64,000 bases of DNA from an uncultured Alphaproteobacteria bacterium (GCA_965371465.1 CBDUYM010000019.1:67-64066), one strand, 5' to 3'. Positions 9,041-18,753 are shown, numbered from the stretch's first letter. The notes: a model not told the origin generated them from the letters alone. Made by a program: numbers and translations.

Positions 9041-11482
9041 TCAGCCGTCCAGATCGTCGAGTGTACCTGTTACACCGGCGGCGACCAGTGCCTCATATTC
9101 AGCATCGTCAATGCCAAGTTCAGCCTTCAGAACTTCACGGCTATGCTCGCCGACACAAGGTGCTGGTCGCAGTGGCGCGGAAGCAGCCCCGGAAAACCGC
9201 CACGGTCGTCCCGGCAACCAGGTCTTGCCGGCTTCAACATGGTCAATCTCTGTCACAAAACCTGATTCCCTGAAATCGGGGTCCGGCAGGCTATAGAGTT
9301 CGTAAAGGGGTGCCACCCTTGCCGCATTGATACCAAGCAAGCCAAGGGCGTGATCCGCCTCGCGGGCATCCTGCCGCACGGTCCAGTCGGCGATAATCGC
9401 ATCAAGTTCTGCCTCGTTGGCCTTTCTGGATGCCATCGAGGCAAATTTTTCGTCGCCGAGCCGTGGGTCGCCGATGTGATCTGCGAGTGCCCGGAACGCG
9501 GCATCCGTATCGACGGCGATGGCCAACCACTCGCCGTTCTTCGCATCGTAATTGTTGTGAGGCGACATCCTGGGATGATGGTTGCCACGGGGCTGCGGCA
9601 GACGCCCGGTTGCATCGTATTCGACCACGGCATCGCCACAGATAGCTGTGATCGCCTCCATCATCGACAGATCAACACGCTGCGGCTCGCCGGTCCTGTC
9701 GCGATGGTTCATGGCCGCCAGCAATGTTGCCACCATGAAGTAACCGGCAATGGGATCTGGATAAAGCCCGCCAGTGTTCATGCCCTGGTCACCTTCGTAT
9801 CCGTGAATGGATGAAAGCCCCGCCATGGGTTCAGTCGTCGCGCCATTCGCCGGATACTGCCAATAGGGTCCCTCAGTCCCGTAGCCGGAAATTGAAGCCC
9901 AGATGTAGCCCGGTCGTAACTCATGGAGTTTCTCGAGCGTAATGCCCCAGGACGGGATCACATTTGGCCGGAAATTGTCTGTCAGAATGTCAAAATTCGG
10001 CAGCAGCTTCCACAGGATCTCGACACCCTTTTCCTGACGAAGATCGAGAGTGAACTCCCGCTTGTTCAGGTTGACCGAATTATAAAGCCCCTGGGTGTTG
10101 AGCGCATATTGCTTGCGATTCTCATCGCGAATGCCTTTGGGCACCAGGGCTGCGGTCCGCCGCCAGACATCCGGCCTGTGAAGCGCGCCGACCTGGACAA
10201 CGTCGGCACCCAGAAGTGACAAAAGCTGGGTACTGAAGGTGCCGGACCATGCCTGCCCGAAGCTCAGGACACGCGTCCCGCTCAATGGTCCTTCGGCCAT
10301 GGCTTCGGGAGACATGGCCTCCAAAGGCAGTGGCTCAGTTTTGCTGCGGGCTTCCTTCGGCTTCGCTGCGATCTTCGTGCGATCCTGATCAAGCTTCGGT
10401 GCCGGTGAAGAAAGCTTCCAGGGCGACGGCGAAAGTGTTGCGATCGCGCCAGCTGCCCGCGTTTTTTTGCCTTCGATCTCTGTTTCCACAAGGAAACCCC
10501 GGGCGGTGAGCTGATCGTCATTCACGATATCGTCAATGTCCTGCAGAACCCCGACCAGGCAGCGAAGTTTGGCAAGCGAATGAAAAACATCCCAGCGATC
10601 AAGATTTGGCAAGGTTCGCGCCATGCCGAACACCACTTCGCGAAGGTCCTTTGAATGGCGGCCAAGATCGGGGATCAGTTCCTCGACATCAGCAAATTCT
10701 GGCAATTCGAGTGCCTTCATCGCCGGACCCCAATTTCGGAAATCGGCGATCCCGAAATTCATCCGGCCGTCCTTCAGATCAAAGAGCACACCAGGCGCGC
10801 CGCGCGGGCGACCACCGGCCGGGCCATTGGAAAAGCCGACATCTGCATAGATGGATGCGATACCCCAGGGGGCGACAGTCTGAGCAAATGCCTCGACCTC
10901 AGCCACGTCGGCAAGCTCTGCGGTGTCAGTTTGATCCCGACGCCGAAGCGCAGCCGCAGCCGCTATGTAACCGGCAACACCACCTACATAGCCAGCCTGA
11001 TCGTGGGGCATTTGCAGGGCTGGCTCATCCTTCAAGCGATTGATGTAGGACCATCCGGTCCTGGCCGAACTGGTCAGGTTGTTGCCGGGCCGACCTGCAA
11101 GGGGTCCGGTCAATCCGTGGGCGGTAACCGACAGATGTACTGCATCATTTGAAAGTCTTGAAAGCGCCGATGCGTATGGAGCGGATGAAACAGGGTCAGC
11201 TGAAGTAATCACAACATCTGCAGATGCGATCAGTTCGCCAATCTGATCGAGGCTGGAGACCACGATGGACAGTTTGTTCCAGTTTACATAGGCATGAAGA
11301 ACGGAACGTTCCGCGCCAGGTTGATCATCAAGAAAGGGTGGCTCCCGCCTGAGAGGATGCCCCTCGGGCGGCTCCGCCAGGATCACCTCGGCACCGAAAT
11401 CGCCAAACAGGCGCGCGGCGAAAGCACCGGAAAGCCGATCAGACAGGTCAACAACCGAGAGGCCCGCAAATGGTGTCGTCAC
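9041..11482 (-). CDS. tandem-fused family III CoA-transferase (two CaiB/BaiF-like modules)
   Basis: 813 aa. CaiB-like N-terminus (LSGLSVVDLSDRLSGAFAARLFGDFGAEVI) and a second CoA-transferase-like module after about residue 400. GTG start. Confidence 0.7.
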   Translation of the reverse strand: MTTPFAGLSVVDLSDRLSGAFAARLFGDFGAEVILAEPPEGHPLRREPPFLDDQPGAERSVLHAYVNWNKLSIVVSSLDQIGELIASADVVITSADPVSSAPYASALSRLSNDAVHLSVTAHGLTGPLAGRPGNNLTSSARTGWSYINRLKDEPALQMPHDQAGYVGGVAGYIAAAAALRRRDQTDTAELADVAEVEAFAQTVAPWGIASIYADVGFSNGPAGGRPRGAPGVLFDLKDGRMNFGIADFRNWGPAMKALELPEFADVEELIPDLGRHSKDLREVVFGMARTLPNLDRWDVFHSLAKLRCLVGVLQDIDDIVNDDQLTARGFLVETEIEGKKTRAAGAIATLSPSPWKLSSPAPKLDQDRTKIAAKPKEARSKTEPLPLEAMSPEAMAEGPLSGTRVLSFGQAWSGTFSTQLLSLLGADVVQVGALHRPDVWRRTAALVPKGIRDENRKQYALNTQGLYNSVNLNKREFTLDLRQEKGVEILWKLLPNFDILTDNFRPNVIPSWGITLEKLHELRPGYIWASISGYGTEGPYWQYPANGATTEPMAGLSSIHGYEGDQGMNTGGLYPDPIAGYFMVATLLAAMNHRDRTGEPQRVDLSMMEAITAICGDAVVEYDATGRLPQPRGNHHPRMSPHNNYDAKNGEWLAIAVDTDAAFRALADHIGDPRLGDEKFASMASRKANEAELDAIIADWTVRQDAREADHALGLLGINAARVAPLYELYSLPDPDFRESGFVTEIDHVEAGKTWLPGRPWRFSGAASAPLRPAPCVGEHSREVLKAELGIDDAEYEALVAAGVTGTLDDLDG

Positions 11483-11524
11483 TTTTTCGAAGCCCCCCGG
11501 CGCTTGGTCGTCCCAGTTCTGGCG

Positions 11525-13171
11525 TTATGCCGCCTGATGCCTGAGTACGGTTCCAGCACGCACTCCGGTATGTTCACCGTCACGGACATTCACCTGCCCA
11601 TTGACGATGGTTGCTTTATAGCCCGTGGACTTCTGAATGTAACGCGGGGCATTTCCAGGAAAGTCCCTGACCAGCTCCGGCTGTAGCTCAGCCACGGTAT
11701 CGGCATCGAAGACATTGATGTCTGCACGCATGCCTTCCCTGATCAGCCCTCGATCCTTGATGCCCATGACGCGGGCCGGAACCGATGTCATCAGTTTGAC
11801 GCCGTCTGCCAGTGAAAAGAGACCGGTTTCGCGGACCCAGTAGGAAAGAATAAAGCTCGCCCAACCTGCATCCATGATCTGTGACACATGCGCGCCGGCG
11901 TCGCCAAGACTTGGCAGGCATTGCTGATGGCGGAAGAGATCGCCGAGCTCCTTCAGGCTCCGATTGAACATATGGAAATTGAAAAGAGCCTTGCCGTCCG
12001 TCTCGCGGGACATGCGCAGGAACGATTCTGCCCAATGCTCATCAGCCGCATGCGCAATCTTCGCCAGGCACTTGTCCTCCGATGGCGCATAGTCAGGTGA
12101 AGGTCCAGCGCCGAGGAAGTAGACCTGTTCCATGGGAATGCCAGTGGCATTCGGGCGTTTCGCCTCTTCAACGAGTTTCTGGCAAGTCGCAGCATCATTG
12201 ATGGCGGCCAGGCGACCAGCAAAATCCAACTCGCGAACTTCCCGCCAGGTGCCACCACCAACCGGAAGGTTTGACTGCAGACCGAACAGGAAACCGGATC
12301 CGCGCACCTGTGTGATCGCGGTGATATCCTTGCCTTCAGAGAATTTTGCAAGCCGAGCGGCCTGGGCTTCGCCCGTGCCTTCCTCAGGCCCGGTTCCGTA
12401 ACTGAACAGGATCCGGCCCTTGGTGGTTTCTTCCATCTTTGCGAGGACTTCAAAGTCAGCGCCAACTGCCTGCATCAGCGCATCCCGGGGGCCAATGGCC
12501 TTGGCAATTTCAACGAGTTCAGCCGGATCGGCAAATGTTCCGGGAATGGAACGCCCGTCGGCAAGCTTGTGAGGTGCATAGCGATTGGTCGAAAATCCAA
12601 AGGCGCCGTCATCAACGGCGGTGCCCACGATATCGGCCATTTGCCTGCGTTCCTCATCAGTGGCCTGTTCCTCAACAGCGCGTTCTCCCATGACATAAAA
12701 GCGCACCGAACAGTGACCGACCAAGCCGGCAACATTGATCCCGGGGTTGAGGCGTTCAATTGAATTGAGATATTCGCCGTAATGCTCCCAGTCCCAGGGC
12801 AGTCCTGACAGGATGGCTTGTGTTGGAATGTCTTCGACCGTTTCCATCATGCCGGCAAGCAGTTCCCGATCATTGGGCTTGCAGGGCGCGAAGGTGACGC
12901 CGCAATTGCCCATCAGAACAGTTGTAACGCCGTGCCAGCTCACCGGCGTCAGGGACGGATCCCAGCCGATTTGTGCGTCAAGATGGGTATGCAAGTCGAT
13001 AAAGCCAGGCGAAACTGCCTGGCCGGCGGCATCAATTTCCTCTTTGCCATCGTCCTCAACGGTGCCGACTGAAGTGATGATGCCGTCATCTATGGCGACG
13101 TCGCCAGTGAATGGTTCATTGCCAGTGCCATCAACAATCAGGCCACCGCGAATTACTATGTCATGTGTCAT
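11525..13171 (-). CDS. N-acyl-D-amino-acid deacylase (D-aminoacylase)-family amidohydrolase
   Basis: GGAGAG SD before the ATG at 13171. MTHDIVIRGGLIVDG...GFIDLHTHLD metal-binding amidohydrolase signature. Confidence 0.7.
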   Translation of the reverse strand: MTHDIVIRGGLIVDGTGNEPFTGDVAIDDGIITSVGTVEDDGKEEIDAAGQAVSPGFIDLHTHLDAQIGWDPSLTPVSWHGVTTVLMGNCGVTFAPCKPNDRELLAGMMETVEDIPTQAILSGLPWDWEHYGEYLNSIERLNPGINVAGLVGHCSVRFYVMGERAVEEQATDEERRQMADIVGTAVDDGAFGFSTNRYAPHKLADGRSIPGTFADPAELVEIAKAIGPRDALMQAVGADFEVLAKMEETTKGRILFSYGTGPEEGTGEAQAARLAKFSEGKDITAITQVRGSGFLFGLQSNLPVGGGTWREVRELDFAGRLAAINDAATCQKLVEEAKRPNATGIPMEQVYFLGAGPSPDYAPSEDKCLAKIAHAADEHWAESFLRMSRETDGKALFNFHMFNRSLKELGDLFRHQQCLPSLGDAGAHVSQIMDAGWASFILSYWVRETGLFSLADGVKLMTSVPARVMGIKDRGLIREGMRADINVFDADTVAELQPELVRDFPGNAPRYIQKSTGYKATIVNGQVNVRDGEHTGVRAGTVLRHQAA

Positions 13172-13291
13172 TGTTCTCTCCATGAAATGCTGCGCGAACG
13201 ACATTAGAGCGAGACCGGTCAGAGGACAATTCCAATCTGCTGTCGTTTCGAGCGGTTTGTTGGTAGGAATGCCGCCCTGGGCAAATCAGAG

Positions 13292-13840
13292 GTGGAGATG
13301 ACGGCGCTTGAGTTACAGGCTTATCTTGATCGCCACGCGCAATTCAGTGGATGGACGGGGGAGTGGCTCGGCGTGCCACTGGAATTCAGATTGTGCCTGA
13401 CGAGCGAGGTGCCGCCAGTTAAGTTTGTTGGCTCTGTGCGCGCTGTGGTCCTGCGGCAGGAAGAAGTGCTTCTGGTGCATGGTGAGGTGCCCATGCTGAA
13501 TGTCGGTGGCAGGCCGGAAGCTGGCGAAACACTTGAACAGGCTCTTTTGCGCGAGGTTGGGGAAGAGAGCGGCTGGCTCGTCTCCCTGATCGGTATCATT
13601 GGATTCGTGCACTCCCGCCACCTTGACAATCAGCGACCGGACTGGGGCAGACCTGCTCCGGACTGGGTGGATCCGATGTTCGCTGTTGAGGCCTCAGGTT
13701 ATGATGAAAATCTCAAGCTGCCGGGCGAACACCGGACCGAGCTTGTTGCGGCCAGCGAGGCCGAACGCCTCGGTGTCGAGGAAACAAATCTGAAGCTGCT
13801 TCAAGAAGCTCTGCGACTGCGCGCAGAAAGAAAAGATTGA
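13292..13840 (+). CDS. NUDIX hydrolase
   Basis: Nudix box GGRPEAGETLEQALLREVGEESG. GTG at 13292 or ATG at 13298. Confidence 0.7.
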   Translation: MEMTALELQAYLDRHAQFSGWTGEWLGVPLEFRLCLTSEVPPVKFVGSVRAVVLRQEEVLLVHGEVPMLNVGGRPEAGETLEQALLREVGEESGWLVSLIGIIGFVHSRHLDNQRPDWGRPAPDWVDPMFAVEASGYDENLKLPGEHRTELVAASEAERLGVEETNLKLLQEALRLRAERKD

Positions 13841-13862
13841 TACGCGAACTCTGAGGGACTGC

Positions 13863-14060
13863 TCAGATTGGGCGTGGCGTCTGCGTTCTGTCAGTCAGCC
13901 GTGCCAGCTCGAGCTCGGCTTCCACTTTTCTTGCCTCGGCTTCTGCGATTGCAACTTCCTGCTCGAGTTCGCTCTCCCGCATGCGTTGCCAGACCTTGAT
14001 TGCCACGATGCCTATCACCATGGCAAACGGCGCGACTGCCACGTAGACCCATGATTCCAT
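13863..14060 (-). CDS. small single-pass membrane protein with a coiled-coil tail
   Basis: MESWVYVAVAPFAMVIGIVAIKVW TM segment followed by an E/A-rich helix. No family recognised. Confidence 0.3.
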   Translation of the reverse strand: MESWVYVAVAPFAMVIGIVAIKVWQRMRESELEQEVAIAEAEARKVEAELELARLTDRTQTPRPI

Positions 14061-14168
14061 GTCCAGTCCTCCAGAAATAGTGCCTTCGCTGATGCTAGCA
14101 CCGACTGGCACCAGTTCCAGAAAATTGTTGCCCGCCGGCGCCCAGCTTCGATGATGCTGGAGTGGATT

Positions 14169-15056
14169 CTAGGCAAAGGGATCCGTTCCGGTCATCATGA
14201 ATGGCGCGACCCGCTCGGGATGGGCATTTTGTTCTTTGTAGGGGTAGAGGTTTTCGCCGAGAATTTTCCTCAACTCAGGATGTTTTTCGATCAGCTCTTC
14301 CGGCACTTCGCCTTCCCAGTGGTGAATGGGGCGCATGTGCATGCGCATGAAGACCTGCACCAGCGTGACGCGGAGACCGGGATTGGTCCGCGGGACGGAG
14401 CCGTGCCAGGTCATGCCGTGCCAAAGCGCAAGAGAGCCTGCTTCTGCAATAAGGGGTACTGTTTCGAAGGGCGTTTCGTCGAGTTTGGTCTCGTGGGGTA
14501 AAGTCGCGCGACCAAAGCGGTGGCTGCCCGGGACAAATACTGTCGGGCCGTCTTCCGCCCCTGTGTAATCAGTGCAGATCCATGAAGCATTACACATATG
14601 GGCGATGTGACCGCCGCCCGGCGGGATGCCGTGGGCGTCGCTGTGGAGGCCGAGGCTTCTGCCGCCGGGGGGTTTGATAATCCATGTGTGACCTGACAGA
14701 ACGGCGCTTTGGCCACAAAGCCAGCGGACCAGTGTCAGCATTCGGGGATTTGTAGCGGCTTCGATGAATGCGTCATCTTCCTGCAACAGATACCAGGAGT
14801 TTTTGCCGGTGTCGCGCTGGTGCGGCTCGTCCACAAGATAGTCATCGACGTGGACGCCATTCCTCTTTTCGCAGGTATTCAGGATCGCATTCCGAAGCCG
14901 TTCGGCAAAGTCTTCTGAGGCACCGATTTTCTCGCGAGGGACGATCGTAAGACCGTAGGCCTCGAGCTCCAGCGCATGTCTCAGGAGATCGTATTCCTCA
15001 AGTTCTTTCATCAGGGGATCGACGTAGGGCGACGTCCCATAGTCCGCGATACTCAT
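14169..15056 (-). CDS. phytanoyl-CoA dioxygenase (PhyH)-family Fe(II)/2OG oxygenase
   Basis: Paralog of the downstream gene. Conserved blocks L..LDL..H..ELE..G.T..P.EK.G, HSD-type iron ligands and FVPGSHR. Confidence 0.6.
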   Translation of the reverse strand: MSIADYGTSPYVDPLMKELEEYDLLRHALELEAYGLTIVPREKIGASEDFAERLRNAILNTCEKRNGVHVDDYLVDEPHQRDTGKNSWYLLQEDDAFIEAATNPRMLTLVRWLCGQSAVLSGHTWIIKPPGGRSLGLHSDAHGIPPGGGHIAHMCNASWICTDYTGAEDGPTVFVPGSHRFGRATLPHETKLDETPFETVPLIAEAGSLALWHGMTWHGSVPRTNPGLRVTLVQVFMRMHMRPIHHWEGEVPEELIEKHPELRKILGENLYPYKEQNAHPERVAPFMMTGTDPFA

Positions 15057-15068
15057 TTTCAGTCCTCT

Positions 15069-16076
15069 CTAGCCTTTATAGTGATCTGCAGAAGTCTTCA
15101 TGACCTTCCGCGACATATTCTTCTGGATGCCAGAACCGACTTTGCGATCATATTCATGGAAGTCAGATATCTTTGGCATTTTCACCTTGTCGCCGGCGGG
15201 CTCTGTGTCGAAGAGACTGAGATAGCCCTGCGGCGCGCCTGCCCGCCTGCCATAGTCCGGTGTTTTGCCCCATGGCATGACATGGTGGACGTTCATGAGC
15301 CTGGAAAACCTCATAGGATTGCGGGCAAGCGCCTCAGCTGTTGCGGTCTCGCGGAAGGCTTCCTGGGTCTGCATATGCGGGCGATTGAACATGCCCAGCA
15401 CCATCAGCCGTAACCCGTCAGATTTCTTCGGGTAGGAACCATGCCAGGTGTGATCTCCCCAGACAATCATGGATCCGGCTTCGGCTTCGATGGGATGCGA
15501 ATGCTCCGCCCAGTACTCAGCCTCCTCTGATGAAGGCAATCGACGCCAGCGGTGACTGCCGGGTACGAAAGACAGGCCGCCATCATCTTTTGAGTAATCC
15601 GTGACCAGATAGTTGAAATTTGCGCCGAAGGTCTCCACGGCCATGGTCGGCATGTCAAACTGAGCCCAATCGGCATGGACCGCCGTACTGGCCTCGCCCT
15701 TTCCTTTCACCCAGGCATCGCAAAGGCTGAGCACACAGTTTGTACCGACCAGCCACTGGATGAGGCCAAGCGCCGCCGGTGTCAGCACCAGCTTTTCAAA
15801 AACCGGGTCGTCCCAGAGCACAAAACGCAGCAGCTCCTGGCCATCGGAATAGACATCTTCAAGGTCGGTGGGCTTGCAGCCTTTCCGATCGCTTGCAACA
15901 CGAAGAACGGCCGCCTGGACCTCCGCCAGCTGTTCAGGCGACCCCACCTTTTCCGGCGGCAATACGGTGAAGCCAAAGACTTCCAGCTCGGCCAGATGCT
16001 CAAGCAGATCAAGCTCCTTGAGTTCGCGATAGAGTGCCGGCGTGTCTTTTGCCGAAGGCCAGTCTTCGATTTCCAT
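15069..16076 (-). CDS. phytanoyl-CoA dioxygenase (PhyH)-family Fe(II)/2OG oxygenase, paralog
   Basis: Same architecture as 14169..15056 (HADW, FVPGSHRW, WHGS). 12-nt intergenic gap. Confidence 0.6.
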   Translation of the reverse strand: MEIEDWPSAKDTPALYRELKELDLLEHLAELEVFGFTVLPPEKVGSPEQLAEVQAAVLRVASDRKGCKPTDLEDVYSDGQELLRFVLWDDPVFEKLVLTPAALGLIQWLVGTNCVLSLCDAWVKGKGEASTAVHADWAQFDMPTMAVETFGANFNYLVTDYSKDDGGLSFVPGSHRWRRLPSSEEAEYWAEHSHPIEAEAGSMIVWGDHTWHGSYPKKSDGLRLMVLGMFNRPHMQTQEAFRETATAEALARNPMRFSRLMNVHHVMPWGKTPDYGRRAGAPQGYLSLFDTEPAGDKVKMPKISDFHEYDRKVGSGIQKNMSRKVMKTSADHYKG

Positions 16077-16249
16077 AGTTCAAAGTTCCTCGTGCTACTG
16101 ACTTTGCCAGGAAGTCTGGCAATTTCCGGAGAGTTAGACAACAGGCGCAGTGCCAGAACAGTTCACCTTGTTCAGATGGCATCGGCGTCGCTATGTTATC
16201 TTCAGCGGGATTCAGGATCCATCAGACGCGAATTTCGGGAGAATATATC

Positions 16250-16624
16250 ATGCGCATCACGCCTGTTGTATTGATCACAAGCCTAATCACGCTTCTGGGT
16301 GGCCCGGCTGCCTGGGCTCAGGATCCCCAATCCGGAACCGTCACCGATCCTGATGCCGTAGCCGATACGGAAGCTGGCAAACGGCCAGGCCGCGCCGCCT
16401 ATGGCGACATCACACTGAAGCGCGGCGTTATTGAAGAGGGCGGCAGTACCGAGGCACAGATCGACCCACCATCCCTTGACATTGTCACCGGACCTGCCGG
16501 TGAAGAGATCTATCCAGAATCTGAGTCAGATCCCGATAGTGAAGAAAGCCTGGGCACCGTCGCGGGCGGGTTGGAAGTCAGAGGCCAGGGCGTTGCGGAC
16601 AAAGAAGAAACAGAAGATCGATGA
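16250..16624 (+). CDS. secreted acidic protein (signal peptide AWAQD cleavage-like)
   Basis: GGGAGA SD before the ATG at 16250. MRITPVVLITSLITLLGGPAAWA signal peptide. Asp/Glu-rich mature part. Confidence 0.4.
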   Translation: MRITPVVLITSLITLLGGPAAWAQDPQSGTVTDPDAVADTEAGKRPGRAAYGDITLKRGVIEEGGSTEAQIDPPSLDIVTGPAGEEIYPESESDPDSEESLGTVAGGLEVRGQGVADKEETEDR

Positions 16625-16732
16625 AAATAGATCTCCGACTTGTTCAGCCACGTGCTGACATCCTTGACTGGATTTGACCGAACATTTCATCGTCACGGTT
16701 AGACAAGGAGGCGCAAGCTGGAGCCACTGACC

Positions 16733-17035
16733 ATGGTGTCTCTCAAGAGTGCGGGCCTCCAGAACACACCGGCAGCCACCGGCATCATGTCCTCTGCTGG
16801 TCTCGTTGCCAGATATACGGCCAGATTCTCTTGGCCTGAGAGTCTGATGATCGGATTCGGCATGGTGGGACGCGCCGAATTTGCGCTCGTCGTCATGGAC
16901 ATCGCCTATGTCCAAAATCAGATTCTCAGTGAAGAGGCATTTTTCACGCTGATGACTACCGCGTTTTGGTTGAATGTTGCTGTTCCAATAACAATCGCCC
17001 TATGGAAGCCGTTTCTCACAGAATCGGAGCTGTAA
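16733..17035 (+). pseudogene. C-terminal remnant of a cation:proton antiporter (CPA-type) gene
   Basis: The about 100-aa ORF matches only the last TM helices of a CPA antiporter (GMVGRAEFALVVMDIAY...LNVAVPITIALWKP). Compare the intact paralog at 41377..42615. The N-terminal about 350 codons are absent. Confidence 0.4.
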
Positions 17036-17227
17036 CTCAGTGAAGTCAACTGTGGAGCGGCACTCATTGGGCTGTGAATTGTTCCTGCATACCGCCCGCG
17101 GTACTCTGATACTCGTTTAAGTTGATGATAAAAAATAACTTGTCGTCCAAAGTGAGGTCGATCAACTGGACGGCCTTTGCCATCTGGCGTAGAATTTTGG
17201 ACCCGTGAGAGAAACGATGGATCTTAG

Positions 17228-17959
17228 ATGCTTTCATTCAGAGATACGCGAAATTTTATAGGTCAAACTCGCCTGGCTACTTCTGAAGTCGAACTCAAGG
17301 ACCAGTTCGCCGCTTTCATGCGTGATGCAGGCGTGGAGTATTTCGCTTGTGCATCATTCTCAGACTTCAGCCGCCTGCCGGAAAATCAGCTACGACTAAA
17401 CAACATTGGACGCGACTGGGTTACCCACTATGGGACCGAAGAGTACAAACGCAAAGATTTGGTCATGAAGGCGGCAAAATCCACGTCAGTTCCATTTCTC
17501 TGGCGAGACCTGGCGGCAGAAAACGATCTGTCATCGACTGAACAACAGATTTTTGATGAAGCAGCCGACATTGGTATGGAAGAAGGGATGACAATTCCTG
17601 TTCATGTTCCCTCGCGGCCGACAGCCGTTGTGAGCGTGTCCGGGGCTGATCCGGACTTCTCTGCAGACAGCATGAATGCTATCCACCTGGCGGCGATATA
17701 CTTTCATGACGCGACCCTGAGACTGGCCAAATTTAAAGCCCGCAAAGATGCGCTTTCGCGAAACAGCCTCAGCCAGCGGGAGCAGGAATGTCTGCGTTGG
17801 GTCGCCGGCGGCAAAAGTGACTATGATATTTCTACAATTATTGGTATAAGTCGTAGCACTGTACACTTTCATGTGGAAAGCGCGAAAAAGAAGTATGGAG
17901 TCGCCACCCGCGTTCAGGCTGTGGTCCGGGCGATCATTGAAGAGCATATCGATCTCTAG
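17228..17959 (+). CDS. luxR: LuxR-family autoinducer-binding transcriptional regulator
   Basis: N-terminal autoinducer-binding domain. C-terminal LuxR-type HTH (LSQREQECLRWVAGGKSDYDISTIIGISRSTVHFHVESAKKKYGV). Confidence 0.85.
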   Translation: MLSFRDTRNFIGQTRLATSEVELKDQFAAFMRDAGVEYFACASFSDFSRLPENQLRLNNIGRDWVTHYGTEEYKRKDLVMKAAKSTSVPFLWRDLAAENDLSSTEQQIFDEAADIGMEEGMTIPVHVPSRPTAVVSVSGADPDFSADSMNAIHLAAIYFHDATLRLAKFKARKDALSRNSLSQREQECLRWVAGGKSDYDISTIIGISRSTVHFHVESAKKKYGVATRVQAVVRAIIEEHIDL

Positions 17960-18052
17960 AAGATGTGGGTGATGGGCCCCTGAATTCTATGCGGAAAGTT
18001 CGGTTCTCAGTTGTAGTGCCGACGCCAACCTTCAAATCAAACAAGAAAGCAA

Positions 18053-18068
18053 CTGGCTAACTAGCCAG
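18053..18068. promoter_or_regulatory. lux-box-like dyad CTGGCT-N4-AGCCAG upstream of luxI
   Basis: Perfect 6-bp inverted repeat with a 4-bp spacer, about 60-75 bp upstream of the luxI start. Confidence 0.35.
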
Positions 18069-18129
18069 GTTTCACGAAATCCGTCAATCACGGACTGTTC
18101 CCGGAGATAAGAAAGGGACAGGTGCAACC

Positions 18130-18753
18130 GTGATTGATGTGGTCTTGAATGAAAATCGCGAAATGTATGCGCGTGAGTTAGAGGAAATGTACAGGCAGCG
18201 GCACGACGTCTTCATAAAGAAGATGGGCTGGAAATTGAAGTCACAGAACGGCCTGGAAATTGATCAGTACGACACGCCAAGTTCCATCTATCTTCTGGCG
18301 CTGGAAAACGGGGTCAATCTGAAGGCTTCGGCAAGGTTAATTCCGACGACTGCTCCGCATATGATGATCGACCAGTTCCGGGACTATTGTGATGATGAGC
18401 CGCCAAGAGGTGAAAGCGTGTGGGAGTGCTCGCGCTATTACAATCTTGCTCGGCGTACTCAACGCGAGGCCGGTGAGCTGACGTTTGGCAGTGAGATCAT
18501 TTGTTCCATGGTGGAATTTGGACTGCTCTATGGCATAGAAGAGATCATTTTCTTTACCAATCTCGCTGTTCTGAGCGGGATTGTAGACGGCGGCTGGGAA
18601 GCCACGCCGCTCGGTCTACCGCAAAAAGTCGATGGCCAGACGAATGTGGCCTATTCCCTCAGAGTGTCCGCCACGTCGCTACAGAACTTCCGGCACGCAC
18701 GTGAAATTTCAGGGCCTGTCATACAGCTCGTCCGTGCCGCCAGAGCCGCGTGA
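18130..18753 (+). CDS. luxI: LuxI-type acyl-homoserine-lactone synthase
   Basis: Conserved LuxI positions: R..R..VF....GW, E.D.YD, ARLIPTT (compare WRLLPTT in LuxI) and ECSRY (compare ELSRF). Confidence 0.85.
   Translation: MIDVVLNENREMYARELEEMYRQRHDVFIKKMGWKLKSQNGLEIDQYDTPSSIYLLALENGVNLKASARLIPTTAPHMMIDQFRDYCDDEPPRGESVWECSRYYNLARRTQREAGELTFGSEIICSMVEFGLLYGIEEIIFFTNLAVLSGIVDGGWEATPLGLPQKVDGQTNVAYSLRVSATSLQNFRHAREISGPVIQLVRAARAA

Noticed and set aside
16733-17035. Calling the 100-aa ORF an intact small membrane protein gene
   Set aside because: The translation aligns only to the extreme C-terminal helices of CPA antiporters and lacks any N-terminal start context. It is more parsimoniously a gene remnant.
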